A stretch of 64,000 nucleotides of DNA, from positions 26,474,001 through 26,538,000 of the forward strand of contig NC_088806.1 in NCBI RefSeq assembly GCF_011386835.1. The letters run 5' to 3'. How positions within the stretch are numbered: the stretch's first letter is position 1; each line of letters starts with the position of its first letter. This DNA is from Chrysemys picta bellii (lineage: Eukaryota). Of this stretch, positions 50,748 through 62,478 are shown one piece after another. A program made the translations under genes and the position numbers. The notes beneath the pieces are model-generated. The model ran no database searches. It was not told where the DNA came from and was given only the letters and a program-made list of their open reading frames with translations.

Positions 50748-50781
50748 ATTTGCATTGTGATGATATACAGAGGATTTGCAT
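50748..50781. promoter_or_regulatory. Direct pair of perfect octamers (ATTTGCAT at 50748 and 50774) in POU2AF2 intron 2; candidate enhancer
   Basis: Read directly, in sequence I do not recognise as a repeat. Confidence 0.45.
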
Positions 50782-53700
50782 ATTGATTTCCCATGAATTG
50801 CCGCGCCATGTTACCATTTCCTCTGATCTATCTGGGTGTCTGGGAAGGAGGCAGAGAGAGGAAGTGTTCCTCTCTGGGGAAAAAAGGGGGACACCTAGTA
50901 AATAAATACCACCTAGTTCTTATATAGCACTTTTCATCCATAGATTTCCAAGTGCTTTACAAAGACAGGTCAGTATCATAGTCTTCATTTTACAGATGGG
51001 AAAACGGAGGCACAGCGAGATAAAATGACTTGCCTGAGGTCACTCAGCAGGCCAATGGCAGAGCCAGGAATAGAATTCAGGTCTTCTGAGTCCTAGTCCA
51101 GAACTCTATCCACTAGACAACACTGCCTCCCATGATACATGTTCTCACTACCCAAAGATGGACAAAGGACAGACCCTCTAGCAGAGATTTGCTAAATACT
51201 AGGGCTGGCTGAAGTTTTGTCATCAAAATATTTTAAATGAAAAAAAAAATATGCACTGAAATTGTATATTTTAGTTGAAATTTTCTGGTTTTTCAACGAA
51301 CCACACACACACACACAAAAAATCAGATAAAAATGTACAGTTTTCAGTCTGAAAAACAGTTCTGGGTATTTTTGCAGTGAAAAAACAAATTCATGAGACA
51401 TTTATGGAAGGAAAAAAACCAACTCCCCCCATCACACTTTTTAAAATTTCTTGGAGGAAACAGTTGGCATTTTTGACCAGCTCCACTAAGGGCGAGAAGG
51501 GCCTTGCCGCTCTGTTAAGTTCTGCTGAGGGTTTTATGAACAGTGAGCTGACCTGCCTCGTTAGCAGGAGAAAGCATCACTATTATTGTTATTGAATTAG
51601 GCCCCAATCCTGCAACTGGATCCATGTGGTTGGATCTACTGAAATCAATGAAGGCCCAAGGATCAGCCCATGCAGATATATTTGCATAACCAAGGTGCGA
51701 CTGTTTATTATTTATTTGCTTGGGATCCTCCTTTCACACACACATACCCCACCACTCCGCTCTCCCCTCAGTGGATGGAGTGTGGCTTGTTTCATAATGC
51801 AAGCAAGTCATGTTGCTGAATAATGATGGTAAACTGAAACAGCAGCATTGCTCTATGCACTTTCTTTTGCAGCTCATAGGAGGCATTGCCTAATAATGTA
51901 AATCAATGGAGAAGAGGGCCCATACCAAGATTATTAATTGCTTTACAAACTATAGCCCCAGTGATGTTAAACAGACTCACTGATCTATACTCACTCCTGC
52001 TGTGGGAAAGGTACAGTTCTGATAATCCTGCAGTGCTGAAAAGAAATAATGCAGGGAGGAAATAGACTAATGAGTTTAAAATAATCTGAGCCACACACCA
52101 CTTGATAAGGAAACACAGAATGAAATCCAAAGTTTAAGCCCAGGCAAATATGTCAGTGTCTGTTCTGATTAATTGCCAGGGAGAATATGCTACAATGCCC
52201 ATTCCAAGAAAGTTAACATCCAAAACCAAGTTAAGCAATTGGTGCTATTTGCCAGATCTCTGGAGCCGTCAATGAGATCAGTCTGCTGAGATGATCTGCA
52301 ACATATGGGGATTTTTAACTATAAAAATAAAAAAATCGGTAGGGCTCACATATGCCAATATTCCAAGGTGTTTTACATTAAAGACCAGAGGACTAATATG
52401 TCCTAAGCCCACCTGCCCCAAGAGACCCGCTCTCTCCACAGGATACTGCCCTAGAAGAGATAAGCCTAGGCCCTCAAGTATCCCCCACACCATATAAAAA
52501 TCAGCACATTCTCTATCAGAGTCCCTTTCTCTGGGAACTCTGTCCCCACCCCTCAAGGGGTGACAAAGCCCACATTTGCTGACCTCCCAAGCACTCCGCA
52601 AAGCTGCCATTGCTGCAGGGCTGAGGCAGTGGAGAGTGGTACAGAACTTCTGCCTGGGAGGAAGGGGATATTAAACTGTATAGGTCACATGACTGGGGCT
52701 TAACTAATAAGGGGGCCAGGTGGGAAGCAGAAGTGTAGCTGCTTTGGACTGGTTTGTAACGCTAATCCTATTGTTTTCTTGAATGTATAAGAGCACCCCG
52801 AGCTTTGGCTGGACATGTTGGTGTGGAGTTTCTTTTAACTCAAGATCATAGGAATGAAGAAATGGAGGCGAGATCTCAGCCCAGGCAGGTAGAAAAGTAA
52901 CAGAGGGTATCAGCCCGCTGAATATTCTCAGCGTATTACAGTTCCTAGTGCTCAAGCGAAATGTCTGAATGTTCATCCCACTCAGCGCATTTGCAGCGTT
53001 TACTCAAATGCCTTTGTAAAATGGCATTTTTAAATTTTAAACTACTTGCTGTGGGTGGTCTAATGACAGCCCAGTGCAGTTTAAAGCAACTGATTCAAAG
53101 CTTAGCAGAGGTCTCTCTTACCTTAAATTACAAGGTGCTTGTTTATTAATGTAGGAACATTTTTTATTTATATTTCTTATGTACAAGAGGGCAAAACGGT
53201 CATTTGACTAGTGAAAATGTAACAAACAAGGGTGGAATGAGCGGGAATCTGGGGCCCCAGGCCCCCACCTTGGCCCCATACCAGATGATGGATGGGCAGC
53301 CTCGGTCAAATTTAAGATAGTGGTGTTAGCTCCATACGCTGAATTGCAACACAACTGACTCAAATGTGGCCTGCCCACCCCGTCATGATGGAGGGGAGCT
53401 AGGCCAAATTTGCGTGAGTGGCGTTGGGACATGGGGTCGCAAAGCTACCCAAATTTGAAGCGGCCAAACAGGTAACTTGGGCCCCCTCCTTAGCAAAATT
53501 CTGGTTGCATTCCCGGTAACAAACCCTACCATGGGGTATGAGCTGGTTTTGAATCTGGGTCCTATGGTACAAAAGACAGGACTGCTATCACGTGAGTTAA
53601 AGGAGTTTCTGGCAGACTGCTGTTTGCACCATAAAACTTGACCGCGTTGTCTAAAATGCAAGAACTCAGTAAACCTGGAACTCTCTCTCACTCTCTCGGA

Positions 53701-54027
53701 TTACGAAAAAGTTTCCTGCCTGCCAAAAAATACATACCATCCAGAGTCAGGCACCTGTTGAACTGAAGGAGATAACACAAGACTTCAGCTAGTGGCCAGG
53801 GTTTACTGCTAAATTGGCAGCAATCCGAGAGAGTTTTGAGGCAAACGTGTATGTTTAATAGCACCCTAGCTTGGTGCTGAAGGCTAGGCTGTAACTAGAT
53901 GAGTGACTGTGTGCATTTGCTGACTAGTGACTCAGACATGCTTATCCTAGCCCCATGGGATCGGTGTCTTGTTCCATGCAATGCAGTAGAGGAGCAGGGG
54001 GCAGTTAAGAGTCACAAAAAAATTACA

Positions 54028-54245
54028 CAAAAAGAAGAACAGGAGGACTTGTGGCACCTTAGAGACTAACAAATTTATTAGAGCATAAGCTTTCGTGGAC
54101 TACAGCCCACTTCTTCGGATGCATCCGAAGAAGTGGGCTGTAGTCCACGAAAGCTTATGCTCTAATAAATTTGTTAGTCTCTAAGGTGCCACAAGTCCTC
54201 CTGTTCTTCTTTTTGCAGATACAGACTAACACGGCTGCTACTCTG
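54028..54245 (+). mobile_element. Fold-back short retro-element (Penelope-like-derived by inference): perfect 188-bp palindrome plus 30-bp tail, with 12-bp TSD
   Basis: Arms 54028-54121 and 54122-54215 are exact reverse complements; AAAAAAATTACA at 54016-54027 and 54246-54257. Confidence 0.85.
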
Positions 54246-55010
54246 AAAAAAATTACAACTATCCCTGCCTCTTTCTTCTCCCGGCCCCTGGCTTGCCCTT
54301 AGTTCCTTCCAAGCACTGTCTCTACAGCACCTGCGTTTCTCCCCTACCTGTTACTGCCTCTCCCAGTCTGATGGAAAGGTATCCCTCATTTTCTGGGCTA
54401 GAACTCTCCTGAAACTGATGCTGGTCTCTCCATTTCATTTGCCAACTGGGCCCTTCGCCTTAAACCCACCCTTAATCACATGAGTAATCTTTCCTCACAT
54501 GAGCAGTCCCAGTAAACTCTGTAGGATTATATCAGAACAAACAAGAATTGCTAGACTGAATCAGACCAGAGCTCTATCTTGTCTCCTGCAGTGGCTGGTA
54601 CCAGCTGCTTTAGAGGAAGGTGCCAGAAACCCTGCATAACCTGACCCCATGGAAAGTTTCTGCCCTCAATAGCTCAATGTTGGTTTAAGCCTTTAGCAGG
54701 AGGCTTTATATCCTAGAGAAAGATTACTCAGGGTACGTACATGCAGAGAGTAGGATGTTGGAATAAGATTTGCATGGTCAAGTTCTAACCTGGTATAATA
54801 TAGTGCGTTCTCTTTGACAAAGCTCATCAGGATTCACTGGCCAGGATTTTCACAAGTGGCTAGTGATCTGGGGTGCCCAGCCACACCCCCTTTAGGGGGG
54901 CTGATTTTCACAGGTGGGTGCTCAACACTTAGTGAAAATCCACAGCCTTTAAAGGGGCAGAAATCGGGCCCCTCAAAAACTGACAGAGCTAAAATAATTT
55001 CTCTTTTTTT

Positions 55011-55224
55011 AGAGTAGCAGCCGTGTTAGTCTGTATCCGCAAAAAGAAGAACAGGAGTACTTGTGGCACCTTAGAGACTAACACATTTATTAGAGCATAA
55101 GCTTTCGTGAACTACAGCCCACTTCTTCGGATGCATCCGAAGAAGTGGGCTGTTGTCCACGAAAGCTTATGCTCTAATAAATTTGTTAGTCTCTAAGGTG
55201 CCACAAGTACTCCTGTTCTTCTTT
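55011..55224 (-). mobile_element. Second copy of the fold-back element, opposite orientation, with 13-bp TSD
   Basis: Palindrome 55043-55224 with 3 mismatches; TTTCTCTTTTTTT at 54998-55010 and 55222-55234. Confidence 0.85.
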
Positions 55225-55876
55225 CTCTTTTTTTGACATCCTACCCATTGCTTTTACTTTGTGATTTAAAGTATTTTATGTCTAAAACGAGCAACACCCC
55301 AGATTGACTAGGTAGGAGCAGTAAAAGGAGAAAAAACACAGCTGATTCACTTCTTTTCAATATAATCCCCAAAGTAGCTCTGAACAAGTAGGGTACATTC
55401 TGTAAAATACTCCACCATGAAACTGCCACAGTCCTGCCTGTGGAATACTCTTTCCTCAAACCTCTTATCTTTGGAGGAGCCTATAGGCAGCTGTGAACTT
55501 ACCATGTTAGCTAAAGGAAGTCTTAACACTGGCAAATTTAATTCAAATATAAACCTCTAAATTTGGTTGCCTGACATGGCAGGAACCTCCTGTTTGCTGT
55601 ATGCAAACTGGAAATTGTATACTGTACCGCCTTACAGGGTCAAAAGCAGTGGAATAGTTAAAATCTCTCTCGGTAGGGTTGGTTTTTGTTTTGTTTTATT
55701 TTAAATAGGGTTTAGAAGTTTGGAGAAAGACCTAAGTACAAAATATTTGTGTCAGTGCTCACAACGACGTGCATCTGAACTTTTCCCATATAGAGAAAGC
55801 TGCCTGTTACGTGTTATGCAGAAATCTGCTCGTGCAGTTGTAGTAGCAGCATTTGTATGATGCACTGGAGGTAATC

Positions 55877-56453
55877 TGCCAGCAGATCGAGGGACGTGAT
55901 CGTTCCCCTTTATTCGACATTGGTGAGGCCTCATCTGGAATACTGTGTCCAGTTTTGGGCCCCACACTACAAGAAAGATGTGGAAAAATTGGAAAGAGTC
56001 CAGCGGAGGGCAACAAAAATGATTAGGGGTCTGGAGCACATGACTTATGAGGAGAGGCTGAGGGAACTGGGATTGTTTAGTCTCCAGAAGAGAAGAATGA
56101 GGGGGGATTTGATAGCAGCCTTCAACTACCTGAAGGGGGGTTCCAAAGAGGATGCAGCTCGGCTGTTCTCAGTGGTGGCAGATGACAGAACAAGGAGCAA
56201 TGGTCTCAAGTTGCAGTGGGGGAGGTCCAGGTTGGATATCAGGAAAAACTATTTCACTAGGAGGGTGATGAAACACTGGAATGCGTTACCTAGGGAGGTG
56301 GTGGAGTCTCCTTCCTTGGAGGTTTTTAAGGCCCGGCTTGACAAAGCCCTGGCTGGGATGATTTAGCTGGGAATTGGTCCTGCTTTGAGCAGGGGGTTGG
56401 ACTAGATGACCTCTTGAGGTCCCTTCCAACCCTGATATTCTATGATTCTATGA
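55877..56453 (+). mobile_element. Young 5'-truncated CR1 LINE with uninterrupted ORF2 C-terminus
   Basis: [20 protein letters not shown]...[15 protein letters not shown]...[25 protein letters not shown]; tail attctatgattctatga. Confidence 0.95.
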
Positions 56454-56654
56454 AACGGAGAGCTGAGGTATGAAATATTATTCAGGGCTTGCTTGACCTC
56501 CACTAAACTTCAAGTGCCAGACGATATGTTTAACATTGTGTACCAACTGCGCTGAAAGAGTAGTCGTTAGGTGTTCAGAGGTGCCACTCATTTCATTTGC
56601 AAAGAGGGTCCAAGCAGGTGGCCCAGTTCAGAATCTCGGAGAAGTGAATGGAGA

Positions 56655-56820
56655 ACTCTGTCAGACCAAAGTTCCATCTAGCCCAGTAGCCAGTCTTCTG
56701 ACAGTGGCCAGTGCCAGATGCTTCAGAGGGAATGAACAGAACAGGGATGTCGAGTGATCCATCCCATCATCCAGTCTCAGCTTCTGGCAGTTGGAGGTTT
56801 AGGGACACCTGGAGCCTGGG
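56655..56820 (-). mobile_element. CR1 3' UTR fragment
   Basis: tcagaccaaagttccatctagcccagt...acagtggccagtgccag is the reverse complement of the 3' UTR at 18590-18660. Confidence 0.65.
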
Positions 56821-58586
56821 TCAAACGATTCTCATTTGGGCCATATTTTATGGAAACACAAGACTAAGAAAATGCAGCTTCCTAAACTCATAGAAATGAC
56901 AGTAGAAATGGCTCTGAGCAAGGTATATTTACTGCTGATTTGACCATAGGAATTTGAATTGGGATTCCAAGGAGGCAAAATCCCCCTGGAGCAAAGTGCT
57001 CCATAGAGATCCAGAGCACACTACTAATAGAATGGCTAAATCTCTCCGTTGGATGATAAAACTGGTATTCAGTATTTTGCTTTCTACGTTCACCAAAAAC
57101 TCATGGCCAGCATAACAAACAATGTTTAGTGAAAAATAAAATAACTGTTGTAAAACTTTCGCATTCTAGAGTGCATTTGCATCCATATTTTACCTGTTCT
57201 TTGAAAAACTAAAACAGGTATTTAAAAAGAAGCTTTGGCCCTGCATGTGAGCACCCAGTTCATGGGTCAGAGTCTCTGCCCACTTAAGTCATCCCATGCT
57301 CTGTGACGAGCTGCAGAGGAGCTCCTGGCTGCAATGCACAGAGCTCTGCCACCCATTTGTTCTCCTCTGCCCACTTTTCTGCAGGAGGGGAGCATGCAGG
57401 CCTGCGTTAATTGGATAGTTACATGGTTAACAGACCTCTACCTTGGTTGATTTTTAACTGAATTCATACACACATAGGCCCCAGTCCTATAGTCAGATCC
57501 CTGTGGGATGATCCCTGCACTCATATGGAACCCCACTGGGACTCAGCACAGGTGTAAGAATTCATCCGTGTGGATCCAATCACAGCATCAGGACTATCAT
57601 GTCATCCATCTTGTGGCTTTTCACAACCTAGTGTTCGTTGATTAATCTGCCACAGTTTATACCCCTCCTTCCACCCCCACCCCCTTTACTTCCATTTGCC
57701 AATATTGGTGCCTGTTAATTCTGCCTCAGTTGAAACAGTACAACTGGAAAAACGACCAGGCTCACGTTGCAAGCACCATAGATGGTTGCTCTGTTCATGA
57801 CTTCCATAGAAGGAGTGTGTGATTAGAATACGCAATGGAAACTCTGCTGCAAATCCATAAATATTCCCCCCATTCATTGTCCAGGACAACACCCAGTGCA
57901 TGTGCAATGACTCACCTTTAGAGATCATCAATGGGGTTTGAACTCCAGACCCTTAGTCCCAAAGCACAGACCTGTTGGGATAACTGGTCCTACAAATTTG
58001 CCCAAATTGTGAGTTCAGCTGTGAGAAGCGAGTGAAAGTTCATAAAGTGTCACAATAACCAATGATAATGAAAGTTGATGTGAAAAGTTACAAAAGGGAG
58101 ACAGACTGAATTAGTGCAAACAGAAAGGCCTCCTGATATAATTCAAGGACTGTTTTAAGATCATGCTTGGTAAACGAGACAGCATCAGACCAAAAAAAAA
58201 AAAAATCAATGAACCATAATTGGTGTGCCAGAAATTAGGCCTACTGATGGACAAAATAATGACAGGACAGGCTATTCTGCCCATCACTCCCTTTTGGGGT
58301 CCTTAAAGAAAGACTCTGGGGAGAAAAAATTGGCTACTGGTGTGAGCTTCAACATTATGGCTGCCACTCCCACCATCTTCTGGGACCATGGCCCTACGGA
58401 ATCCTGATCCTGAGAGATGTCCTCCCCAGACTGGGCCACAGAGATGGACCCAGATGACGCTGCTACCTCCATCAGCTCCAGCTAAATCCTGAACCTTGTT
58501 TAAAACTGTTTAGTGTTGGACAGTGACTGGGGCATGTTAACAACTTGGACTTTTTAGGCTCCTATATTCCATCTAAATTGATACAA

Positions 58587-58685
58587 CAGACCTCGACCCC
58601 TTGAGCTAAATGAGCAACTCCATTAGCTGGTAGCAGCAGTTGGTTGTTATCCACTAGCAGACCAGCCACTAGAGGGGGACGTGAC
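58587..58685 (-). repeat. Old interspersed repeat, second copy, containing CTCF-like GCCACTAGAGGGGGAC
   Basis: Aligns with 45066-45165. Confidence 0.6.
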
Positions 58686-59187
58686 ACACACTTGGCCAGT
58701 GCGGTACACATATAGAGCCTGGCTTTCCTTTGTACTGCCCACATAGAGTAATTTATACCTGTGCAGAGTAGGTGGGAAATGCTACAAATCAGAACAATAA
58801 CAATTTATACCCCCTTTCCACTGGTATATATGACTGCGCATGGTGCAGGGCTATGGCGTATCAGACACAATTTTTAACACAGAGGGGCTGACTCTCACAT
58901 GAAGGCCACTTTACACCACTCTGACCGTGTAAAGGAACTTTAATGTAAATGAGCTACAAGCCCAGTTATCTTGATTTTCCTGCCATTATCAGCATTTGTC
59001 TTCCTAGCCTCCGTCTGCTATTACTTTCTCTCTCCGGAGCTTGCAGTCGTGTGCCTCATTCCTTCTCATTCGTAGCGTCACTGAGATTCCAAAACGACAT
59101 CGCAATCGTGGAAAATCCACTTCCAAGCTACACGTTTACGCTCTGGATTGCAGAAGAAAACACTTTCAATGTCTCTTTATTTTTTAG

Positions 59188-59230
59188 GGCAGTGCCAGCA
59201 CCTCCCCGTCTCCATTTGTCCAAATGTCAG
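59188..59230 (+). CDS. POU2AF2: POU2AF2 coding exon 3 (GSASTSPSPFVQMS-G)
   Basis: 43 nt; acceptor tttattttttag, donor CAG|GTGAGT; matches human GSVSSSQSPFVQMPG. Confidence 0.93.
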
Positions 59231-59464
59231 GTGAGTATTTTCACTTAATCATACATGACTTTAGTGTCTGCAATCCAGTGCCATTACAGTTTCATTCTTC
59301 CTGTGAAGGGACTTGAAAATACTACCACGAAGAGCTGTGGTGGTGCCACCCAACACTCAGAGAGGAGAGTCACTGAAGGGTTAACTCAGAAAGGTATCCT
59401 AATGACATTAAATCCCTTCCCTGGAGCCCCAAGGAAAGGGAGACTACGAGAACCAACTCTGAGA

Positions 59465-59825
59465 GGGGAAGGCCAGTCTTGTAGTTAAGGCACTGGGTTG
59501 AAACTCAGAAGAATGGGACTCAGTTTCTGGCTGTCCCAGACTCCTTATATGACCTTAGACAAATCACTTAAATTGCTTTGTGCCTCAATTTCCCTTCTGT
59601 AAAATGGGGAGAATACTACTTTCTTTGTCCATCTTTGCTAGTTACACTGCAAGGTCTTTGGTGCAGCGGCAGTCTCTCACGCTCAGTGGCATTGGCCACT
59701 GTTGGAAGACAGGATACTGGGCTAGATGGACCATTGGTCTGACCCAGTATGGCTGTTCTTACGTTTGTATGATGCGTAGCACAATGGGGCTCTGATCTCA
59801 GATGGGGCCTCTAGGTGCTATTGTG
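59465..59825 (+). mobile_element. CORE-type SINE interrupted by a CR1 tip
   Basis: Head and CORE at 59465-59685 (tgtgcctcaatttcccttctgtaaaatgggga); tail resumes at about 59766 (tagcacaatggggctctgatc). Confidence 0.7.
59686..59765 (+). mobile_element. CR1 3' tip nested within a SINE
   Basis: ggcattggccactgttggaagacaggatactgggctagatggaccattggtctgacccagtatggctgttctta is near-identical to 18592-18666. Confidence 0.75.
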
Positions 59826-60522
59826 ATATGAAGAACAATGCTGGGATGCACTCTGCACATGTTATTACAGAAGCAGAGACGCAAGCCCATTTGCCTAAGG
59901 GAGATACTTCCCTAGTGCTAATGGCCCAGGAGGAACCAGCTGTGCTGCTGAGAGATGCCTCCTGAGAGTGGACATGGGGTTGCCACTAATGTACAGCCTC
60001 ACACAGCTCCACATTGTAGTAGAAATCGCGGTTTCCCATTGGGCTGCACAGGGAAAGTGCAAAAGCTGGTATGGTTCATTTCAGGAGGGTGTGGTAAATG
60101 GGTGGATGGGAGCTGGTGGGTAGGGAGCAGATGGTTAGCCCCCCTCCCACCTCCCACACACAAGGTATGAGAGGGGAACAGAAAGGGAAGCAAAAGTGGG
60201 GGAAGGGCAGAGGCCAAAACAGCTGGTCCCCAGCCCATGGGCAGAGCAGTTCAGTGCAGAGCATCCCAACAAAGGCCCCAGTTCAGCAAAACATGATTTA
60301 CTTTGCTGAACAGACATTGACCTAAACACATCCGTTTGTGCTTTGCTGAATCGGCCAATGCTGGGTTTCCTGAGGTTTAATTGGTACCTGGATTGGGCTT
60401 ACCTGAGTCTATGGGAGACTGGTTTCTGGATCTTCAATAAGAGTTTGTCAAGTTCTGGTACAACACACACCAAGACTGAGAGAAAGGGGAAGGCCATGCT
60501 GTCATTTGATAATTTCGTAGTT

Positions 60523-60830
60523 TCATAGAGTGTAAGGCCAGAAGGGACCATTAGATAATCTAGTCTGACCTCCTGTATATTGCAGGCCATTAAATTTCAC
60601 TCAATTACCACCATATTGAGCCCCATAATTTGGGATAGACTACAGCATTTCAGTCCTAGGAGACTAAACTGGTGTGTGCCACAGGCAGAGAACAGGAGAA
60701 ACTGAGGTGTGACCAATGCCTGAGCCCCCTGCAATGGCAGGGAAATGATTAGGTGAGATCTTCCAAGATGATCCTAGCTTGAGATCCATGCCCCATGCTG
60801 CAGAGGAAGGCAAAAAAAAACCCCAGGCAC
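60523..60830 (-). mobile_element. CR1-type 3' UTR fragment
   Basis: Begins tcatagagtgtaaggccagaagggaccattagataatctagtctgacctcctg, resembling a reverse CR1 3' end; family assigned from memory. Confidence 0.55.
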
Positions 60831-61048
60831 CCTGTAATGACCATGGGGGTAAAACCTGCTGTGCAGGGACACTTGTTTAACGACAGGATTCTCTCCTGCC
60901 CTGGGAAGTGGGCAGATGGTTGTTACAGATGGAGGGGAGAGTTGTGTGGTTTTCAGCTCTGTTGATTTGCCCAATGAATTTTGACTCAGTGGCTGGTGAC
61001 TTTGACATGACCTTTCATTGGTATGACTTCCATCTTTCTCGCCAGCAG

Positions 61049-61338
61049 GCTCCACTGCCATGTCTGGTTACTATGGAGTTAGGAGATCATTCATGTCCGA
61101 TTTGGATTTCCACAACACTAAGCCGCTTTCAAATGATGTTTATGCTTCATCCCTGGGGGCAAAGTCCTTTCCGTGTGACTCCTCTGCCGTTCAAGGGTAC
61201 CCGCCGCTACTGGACCCCTATTTCACCGAGGACTATCGCGCCGCTGCCGTAACACCCAGCACCAGCTCCCTTTTCAGCACCTCCTCGCTGCCCCCGCTCC
61301 TGCCGCCCTTCCCCAGTGACTCAGCACATTTCTTAATA
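61049..61338 (+). CDS. POU2AF2: POU2AF2 coding exon 4 (STAMSGYYGVRRSFMSDLDFH...DSAHFLI)
   Basis: NAGNAG acceptor (ccagcag; the alternative start 61046 adds one residue), donor A|GTGAGT; SGYYGVRRSF matches human. Confidence 0.95.
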
Positions 61339-62076
61339 GTGAGTCTGTGCACTGCTTGGAATTTGGTATCCAGGGTTAAATGGTGGGTTGGCTTGTGTAG
61401 AGGGTGCACCACATCTGGAGGCATGGTACTGGAGCACAGGGAGCCTTGGTCTGATCCATTATGACAGTTCCTATGCTGCTGTCTTCCTGTCTCCTTCTGC
61501 CTAGCGAAGCCTCCCTGGCTGTCCCGCTGGGATCTGTCAGTTCTGCTTGTGGGTTGGTGGGAGGAGAGTTGATGGGAAGGGTCACAAAGTTCTCCTGCCT
61601 CTACCACCCCAAGGAGCAAGAACCAAGCTCAGTCCCAGACTCACAGCTCCTGCATGGCACGTATGAATCTGTTTGCTCCACCCTCCCTCTTCAAACCCCA
61701 CTGAAATGATAACCAGCCGAGCACTTACGGATATGCTTAATTTCAATGGACTTCACTGGGAATACTCGTGGGCTTACAGTTAAAGTGCTTTGCTGGATCA
61801 GGGCCTAAGACAATCAAGTCTGATCTGGAACTGGGTGCAAGGTAGTTTCCTCATGCCATAAATTCTGGCTCTGTTTTCCTTAATCACTTTTTACACACTC
61901 CTGCTAGTGTCTAAGGACAATACAGAGCTGGCTGTGTGGGGCCTAGGTTAGAAAGCAGGAATAGCTTAGCTTGGTAAACTCAGAAGCTAGAAGACCCAGT
62001 AGATTAGGTGTTTGTGTCTTTTTGCTCTGGAACATGGCATTATTCTCAAAGATCTCCCTCACCCTCTTTCCAACAG

Positions 62077-62478
62077 AGAGACTCCTGGGAGCAGGGCATG
62101 CCCGACAGCCTCAACCAATCTGATGCCGTGTGCTCAGATTCCCTACAAACCTTGCCCACAACTACCAGCTGCCTCACCTCTCACGAGAGTGGAAGCACTT
62201 CCCAGTATAGAAGCTCAAGCTGGAGTTCTGCCATCCCAGGAGCCCAGTCCTACCCTTTGCATGCTTTTGAAGATGTCCACTACGTACCCAGTTACCCTGC
62301 CACCTCGTCCTATTCCTTTTCACCATTTATGACTGTAGCGAATGACCTACCTCCCAAGATGCTTCACCTCTCATCAGAAGAGCCCTTAGATACAACCTCC
62401 CTTCATGACAACTCCTCTTGGGCAAAAGAAGACGGGAGTCCAGTCTGGGGGACATATGAATGCCGAAGAACTTATTGA
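62077..62478 (+). CDS. POU2AF2: POU2AF2 last coding exon (RDSWEQ...WGTYECRRTY-stop)
   Basis: Acceptor ctctttccaacag; matches human RDSWEQ...WGSYECRRAY; the five exons sum to 846 nt = 281 aa. Confidence 0.96.
   Translation, partial: RDSWEQGMPDSLNQSDAVCSDSLQTLPTTTSCLTSHESGSTSQYRSSSWSSAIPGAQSYPLHAFEDVHYVPSYPATSSYSFSPFMTVANDLPPKMLHLSSEEPLDTTSLHDNSSWAKEDGSPVWGTYECRRTY

Noticed and set aside
54028-55224. CRISPR-like array or pre-miRNA interpretation of the palindromes
   Set aside because: Vertebrate intron, no spacers; TSDs and multiple copies indicate mobile elements, and a perfect loop-free 94-bp stem is unlike a miRNA precursor.
55896-56366. 156-aa ORF (and the 128-aa ORF at 33335-33721) as host genes
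   Set aside because: They are CR1 ORF2 C-termini followed by CR1 3' tails.
58030-58090. Three GAAAGT/GAAAAGT motifs suggesting an IRF/PRDM1 cluster
   Set aside because: Short A-rich motifs in AT-rich DNA without proper ISRE spacing; not distinguishable from chance by eye.
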